A DNA stretch of 64,000 nucleotides from Candidatus Micrarchaeota archaeon (GTDB taxonomy: Archaea > Micrarchaeota > Micrarchaeia > Micrarchaeales > CABMGC01). The DNA lies in assembly GCA_021848065.1 (NCBI GenBank), contig JAJZNA010000032.1, positions 35,389 through 99,388 of the forward strand, in the 5' to 3' direction. Under the pieces are notes generated by a model, which searched no databases, had not been told where the DNA came from, and worked only from the letters and a program-made list of their open reading frames with translations. Positions 60,786-64,000 of this stretch are shown here, piece after piece. Both the position numbers and the translations under genes were made by a program. Position 1 is the first letter of the stretch; every line of letters begins with the position of its first letter.

Positions 60786-60879
60786 ATGCCTAATATAACG
60801 CTTCTGCTTCCTAGCTGCATATGCCTCCTGAGACAGTCTAACTCTTTATAAATCTTAAATCTCATTAAACTGTGAGGGT

Positions 60880-62097
60880 ATGTCTGCCATTCCGATCCTG
60901 CAGGTTCCTGCATCTCCCGTCTCTGTGCTTATTACGATTTCCTTCATCCTGATAATAGGATACATCGCCAGGGAGATATTTAGGAAGACCAAGATTCCAG
61001 AAGTCCTGATCCTGATACTGATAGGTCTTGTGTTAGTCCCCATAGGGCACGTCCTTCCTTCAGACTATGTGGTTACTCTAAGGTCCCTTGCCCAGCTATT
61101 CGGGGCAATAGCCTTGATAACCATAATGTACGGGGGAGGGAAGAAGATAGGTCTTACAAGCTCATTCATGAATTTCAAGGGGATGTCCCTAGGCATCTTG
61201 GACGTACTTGTGCCGGCAGTGCTGGTGGCATATGCAATGAACCTTCTTCTGGGATGGCCATTGATCTACGGTGGCCTTTTGGGAATAATGTTCGGAGCCA
61301 CCGCATCTGCTATAGTGATACCCATTATAAGAGGGCTTAAGATGCCCAGCGAGATCTATGAAATGCTGATTGTAGAGACAGCGCTAAGCTCGGTGGTTTC
61401 GATAGTCCTATTTACCGTTATGCTATCAATGCTTGCCGGCCACGTATTCTCAATACAGTCCTTTGTTGAATACGTAGTGGATTACCTAAGCGTTGCGGTG
61501 TTTGTCGGCATACTTGCAGGCTTCCTGTGGCTTGTGGCCCTGAGCAGGATCAAGGCGGCAGATGAATACCTGGCCAAGCTTGCAATAGCCATACTTGTTT
61601 ATGGGATAGTGAGCTTGCTAAACGGTGCTGCCATAGTCTCCGTGCTGATATTTGCCATGATGATGGGCAATTACCGTCCAATATCAAAGCTCATAAAGCT
61701 AAACATAAGGATAAGCAGGAATACGGCGAGGCAGGAGATCGAGGTCGGCAGCGCGCTGGAATTCCTAATACGCACGTTCTTTTTTGTATTCATAGGTATG
61801 ATAGCCCTCCTATCCTACTCCTATTTGGAATATGCCCTCATAGTAACCGTATTGCTAGTGCTGGCCAGGTTCGTGGAGGTAAAGCTCGCCCTCTGGAAGT
61901 CCAAGCAGTACCAGACGCTTACATTCTCCATGATGCAGAGAGGAACTGTGGTGGCTGTCCTAGCCACATTGCTTTATTCCATGGGTGGCAGTTACTTCAA
62001 TCAGATATTCTACATTTCTTTCATGGTGATAATAGCAACCAATATAATAGGCAGCATACTCGTTTCCAGGGTGAAATTCGAGGTCAAGCCTGATTAG
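60880..62097 (+). CDS. monovalent cation/H+ antiporter (Na+/H+ exchanger family)
   Basis: 405 aa and about 11-12 TM helices. The N-terminal region IGYIAREIFRKTKIPEVLILILIGLVLVP is typical of CPA-type exchangers. Confidence 0.6.
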   Translation: MSAIPILQVPASPVSVLITISFILIIGYIAREIFRKTKIPEVLILILIGLVLVPIGHVLPSDYVVTLRSLAQLFGAIALITIMYGGGKKIGLTSSFMNFKGMSLGILDVLVPAVLVAYAMNLLLGWPLIYGGLLGIMFGATASAIVIPIIRGLKMPSEIYEMLIVETALSSVVSIVLFTVMLSMLAGHVFSIQSFVEYVVDYLSVAVFVGILAGFLWLVALSRIKAADEYLAKLAIAILVYGIVSLLNGAAIVSVLIFAMMMGNYRPISKLIKLNIRISRNTARQEIEVGSALEFLIRTFFFVFIGMIALLSYSYLEYALIVTVLLVLARFVEVKLALWKSKQYQTLTFSMMQRGTVVAVLATLLYSMGGSYFNQIFYISFMVIIATNIIGSILVSRVKFEVKPD

Positions 62098-62114
62098 CTG
62101 CATACCTGCCTCTT

Positions 62115-64000
62115 TCAGCTAAGATATCTTGTCCACCACTTTCCTATTCCCATTGCGTCTCTGACTACTGCGCCTGTCACGCCATAATAGCTTCCATTGT
62201 ACGTTCTGGCAAGTACTTTGGCGCTGCCGTTTATGTCAACGGGTTCGGCCTGTACCCCTGCGCTTCCTATGAAGATCGGGCTTACCCTTATCATTGCAGA
62301 TGCCTCTCCCCAAAGCCCTGATCCGTCTTTCACGTACACCGTGACCATGTCCGGCGAACCTGAAATTGCTGAAGCATTGCCTACAAAATCAAGAACACTG
62401 GAGTTCTCTCCTACTGGCTTCCCATTTATGGACCATGAGTATGTGTAATGGGAATCTCCTCCTGATACATTGGCAGTTATTGTCTCGTTTCTCCCTGCCA
62501 TTATGATTTTATACGGCACATCGAGCTTCACTGCAAATTCTCCCGGAGTGGGCAGAACCACCATATTCGCGCTGTCTTTCACGTGCTCCTTGCCATTAGA
62601 GGTAGAAGCCTCCAGGGATACTGTGTAAGTGCCTGTGCGGCTGAACACGAATGTATTGCCTACTCTGGTGAAGTTCGCATTAGGGGTCACAGTGTACGTA
62701 TACTTGGTGTACACGTCATTGCTCTTCGTGGTCCTGTTCGTAAATGTGACCGGCTGTCCAGTGAATACAACAGTGCTTTCAGGCGTCAGTGTGAGGTTCT
62801 CAACCACCACTGCCCTTGATACCGAGGTGTTGTACGACTGTGTGTACCTGCTGGCTATGTCCTTGGAATCCAGCGGAACAATCGTGCTATTTACCCTTAT
62901 CTTGAAGAAGAGCGCACCCCTGCTCTTAAGGCCTATAGGGGATTTTGCATTGTTCTTGTACCTGCAAACTATTGTGTGCTGTCCATAAGAGAAGTTGTAG
63001 CACTGTCCTGCATCAACGAAATTGCCGGTGTTGTTGTATGACACGAACAATGTTCCAGAATATGTCCTCAGGAGGCTGATTGGGTCTACTATCGGCATAA
63101 CTGTCGTGCTGACGTTTATGGCCCAGTATTCATCTATGGTCTTGGGAACATGTGTATTGTTTGTATTGTTGTCATATACTGCTATTGCAGCATTTGCAGC
63201 AACGCTATTCCCTGAAGCATCTGTTACTTGCACTGCTATGGCATCGGGCGAATTTGCAAGTGTAGTTGCGTTCCCGTAGAATTCCAATGTCGAGGCATTT
63301 GTGCCCACCTTGTTGCCGTTGACCATCCACGAATATGCGTATGGGGCATCTCCCCCACTTACTGATGCCGTGAGCGTCTCGCTAAGGCCGTTGTAGATCA
63401 CGTTTTCCGGCACCACCATCGTGACTCCATAGTTTACAAAAGGTGGCATTATGTGCATCTTAACGCTGTCCTTCACATGCTCCTTTCCGTTCGCTGTAGA
63501 CGCCTCAAGCGTGACTAAGTATTCTCCAGCGCGGCTGAACACGAATGTATTGCCTACTCTGGTGAAGTTCGCACTGGGTTCAACTGTGTACGTATAATTT
63601 GTGTACACATCGTTGCTCTTCGTGGTCCTGTTCGTGAATGTGACAGGCTGGCCTACGAACACTACAGTGCTTTCAGGTGTCAGCGTAAGGTTCTCAACCA
63701 CCACTGCCTTAGATACTGATGTGTTGTATGACATGTACGGCTGCATGTACTGTTCGGTTATGTTCTTCGTACCAGATCCCAATGGGTCTATTGCGCTGTT
63801 TACCCTTATCTTGAAGAAGAGCGCACCCCTGCTCTTAAGGCCTATCGGAGAATTTGCATTGTTCTTGTACCTGCAAACTATTGTGTGCTGTCCATAAGAG
63901 AAGTTGTAGCACTGCCCTGCATCAACGAAATTGCCGGTGTTGTTGTACGACACGAACAATGTTCCAGAATATGTCCTGAGCAGGCTGACCGGATCCACGA
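62115..64000 (-). CDS. surface protein with PKD/Ig-like domains built from a ~303-aa tandem duplication; N-terminus beyond the right window edge
   Basis: PKD-like segments VVFVGQPVTFTNRTTKSNDVYTNYTYTV...GEYLVTLEAST and SGGDAPYAYSW. The frame is open to the window end. Confidence 0.65.
   Translation of the reverse strand, partial: VDPVSLLRTYSGTLFVSYNNTGNFVDAGQCYNFSYGQHTIVCRYKNNANSPIGLKSRGALFFKIRVNSAIDPLGSGTKNITEQYMQPYMSYNTSVSKAVVVENLTLTPESTVVFVGQPVTFTNRTTKSNDVYTNYTYTVEPSANFTRVGNTFVFSRAGEYLVTLEASTANGKEHVKDSVKMHIMPPFVNYGVTMVVPENVIYNGLSETLTASVSGGDAPYAYSWMVNGNKVGTNASTLEFYGNATTLANSPDAIAVQVTDASGNSVAANAAIAVYDNNTNNTHVPKTIDEYWAINVSTTVMPIVDPISLLRTYSGTLFVSYNNTGNFVDAGQCYNFSYGQHTIVCRYKNNAKSPIGLKSRGALFFKIRVNSTIVPLDSKDIASRYTQSYNTSVSRAVVVENLTLTPESTVVFTGQPVTFTNRTTKSNDVYTKYTYTVTPNANFTRVGNTFVFSRTGTYTVSLEASTSNGKEHVKDSANMVVLPTPGEFAVKLDVPYKIIMAGRNETITANVSGGDSHYTYSWSINGKPVGENSSVLDFVGNASAISGSPDMVTVYVKDGSGLWGEASAMIRVSPIFIGSAGVQAEPVDINGSAKVLARTYNGSYYGVTGAVVRDAMGIGKWWTRYLS
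62181..63998 (-). repeat. two tandem 909-nt repeat units inside the surface-protein gene
   Basis: TTACCCTTATCTTGAAGAAGAGCGCACCCCTGCTCTTAAGGCCTAT... occurs at 62891 and again at 63800. The unit-start codons for VDP(I/V)SLLRTYSG lie at 63089 and 63998. Confidence 0.8.

Noticed and set aside
1-64000. CRISPR arrays or rRNA genes.
   Set aside because: I saw no run of regularly spaced 24-40-nt direct repeats and no rRNA-like conserved stretches. The only short tandem and direct repeats are those listed in the features and findings.

Overview
This 64-kb window looks archaeal, although that is an inference. The evidence is three proteins with QSAMEYLMTYGW class III (prepilin-like) signal peptides, a thermopsin-like protease, TATA-type promoters close to start codons, and tRNA and gene architecture typical of small acidophilic archaea such as the DPANN/Thermoplasmata lineages. 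I cannot name the organism.

Most of the window is accessory or cell-surface content:
- Giant secreted or anchored proteins: a beta-helix protein, a DUF2341/LamG plus YVTN propeller protein, and a PKD protein.
- Three glycoside hydrolases.
- A dispersed family of M48-like peptidases (three intact copies and one stub).
- A 4-gene sugar-nucleotide-like operon.
- A vapBC pair.
- Many orphan ORFs.

The most interesting part is a mosaic island at about 33.7-49.1 kb, which contains:
- A membrane-anchored HerA/FtsK-type ATPase, split by a frameshift.
- A visibly AT-rich block with a 4.25-kb cassette bounded by inverted repeats. It carries a broken SWIM+DDE transposase, zinc-ribbon mini-proteins, a wHTH protein and a 437-aa orphan.
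- A tightly packed six-gene minus-strand operon. In order it encodes a Csa3-like CARF-wHTH protein, a UvrD-family helicase fused to a PD-(D/E)xK nuclease, two unknown ORFs (73 aa and 214 aa), a 951-aa Type IIG restriction-modification enzyme, and a membrane-anchored protein.

I found no rRNA and no CRISPR array, and one clear tRNA (Thr-CGU). All calls come from reading translated motifs by eye. No database search was run, and start codons are often uncertain because the ORF track uses the most upstream ATG/GTG/TTG.
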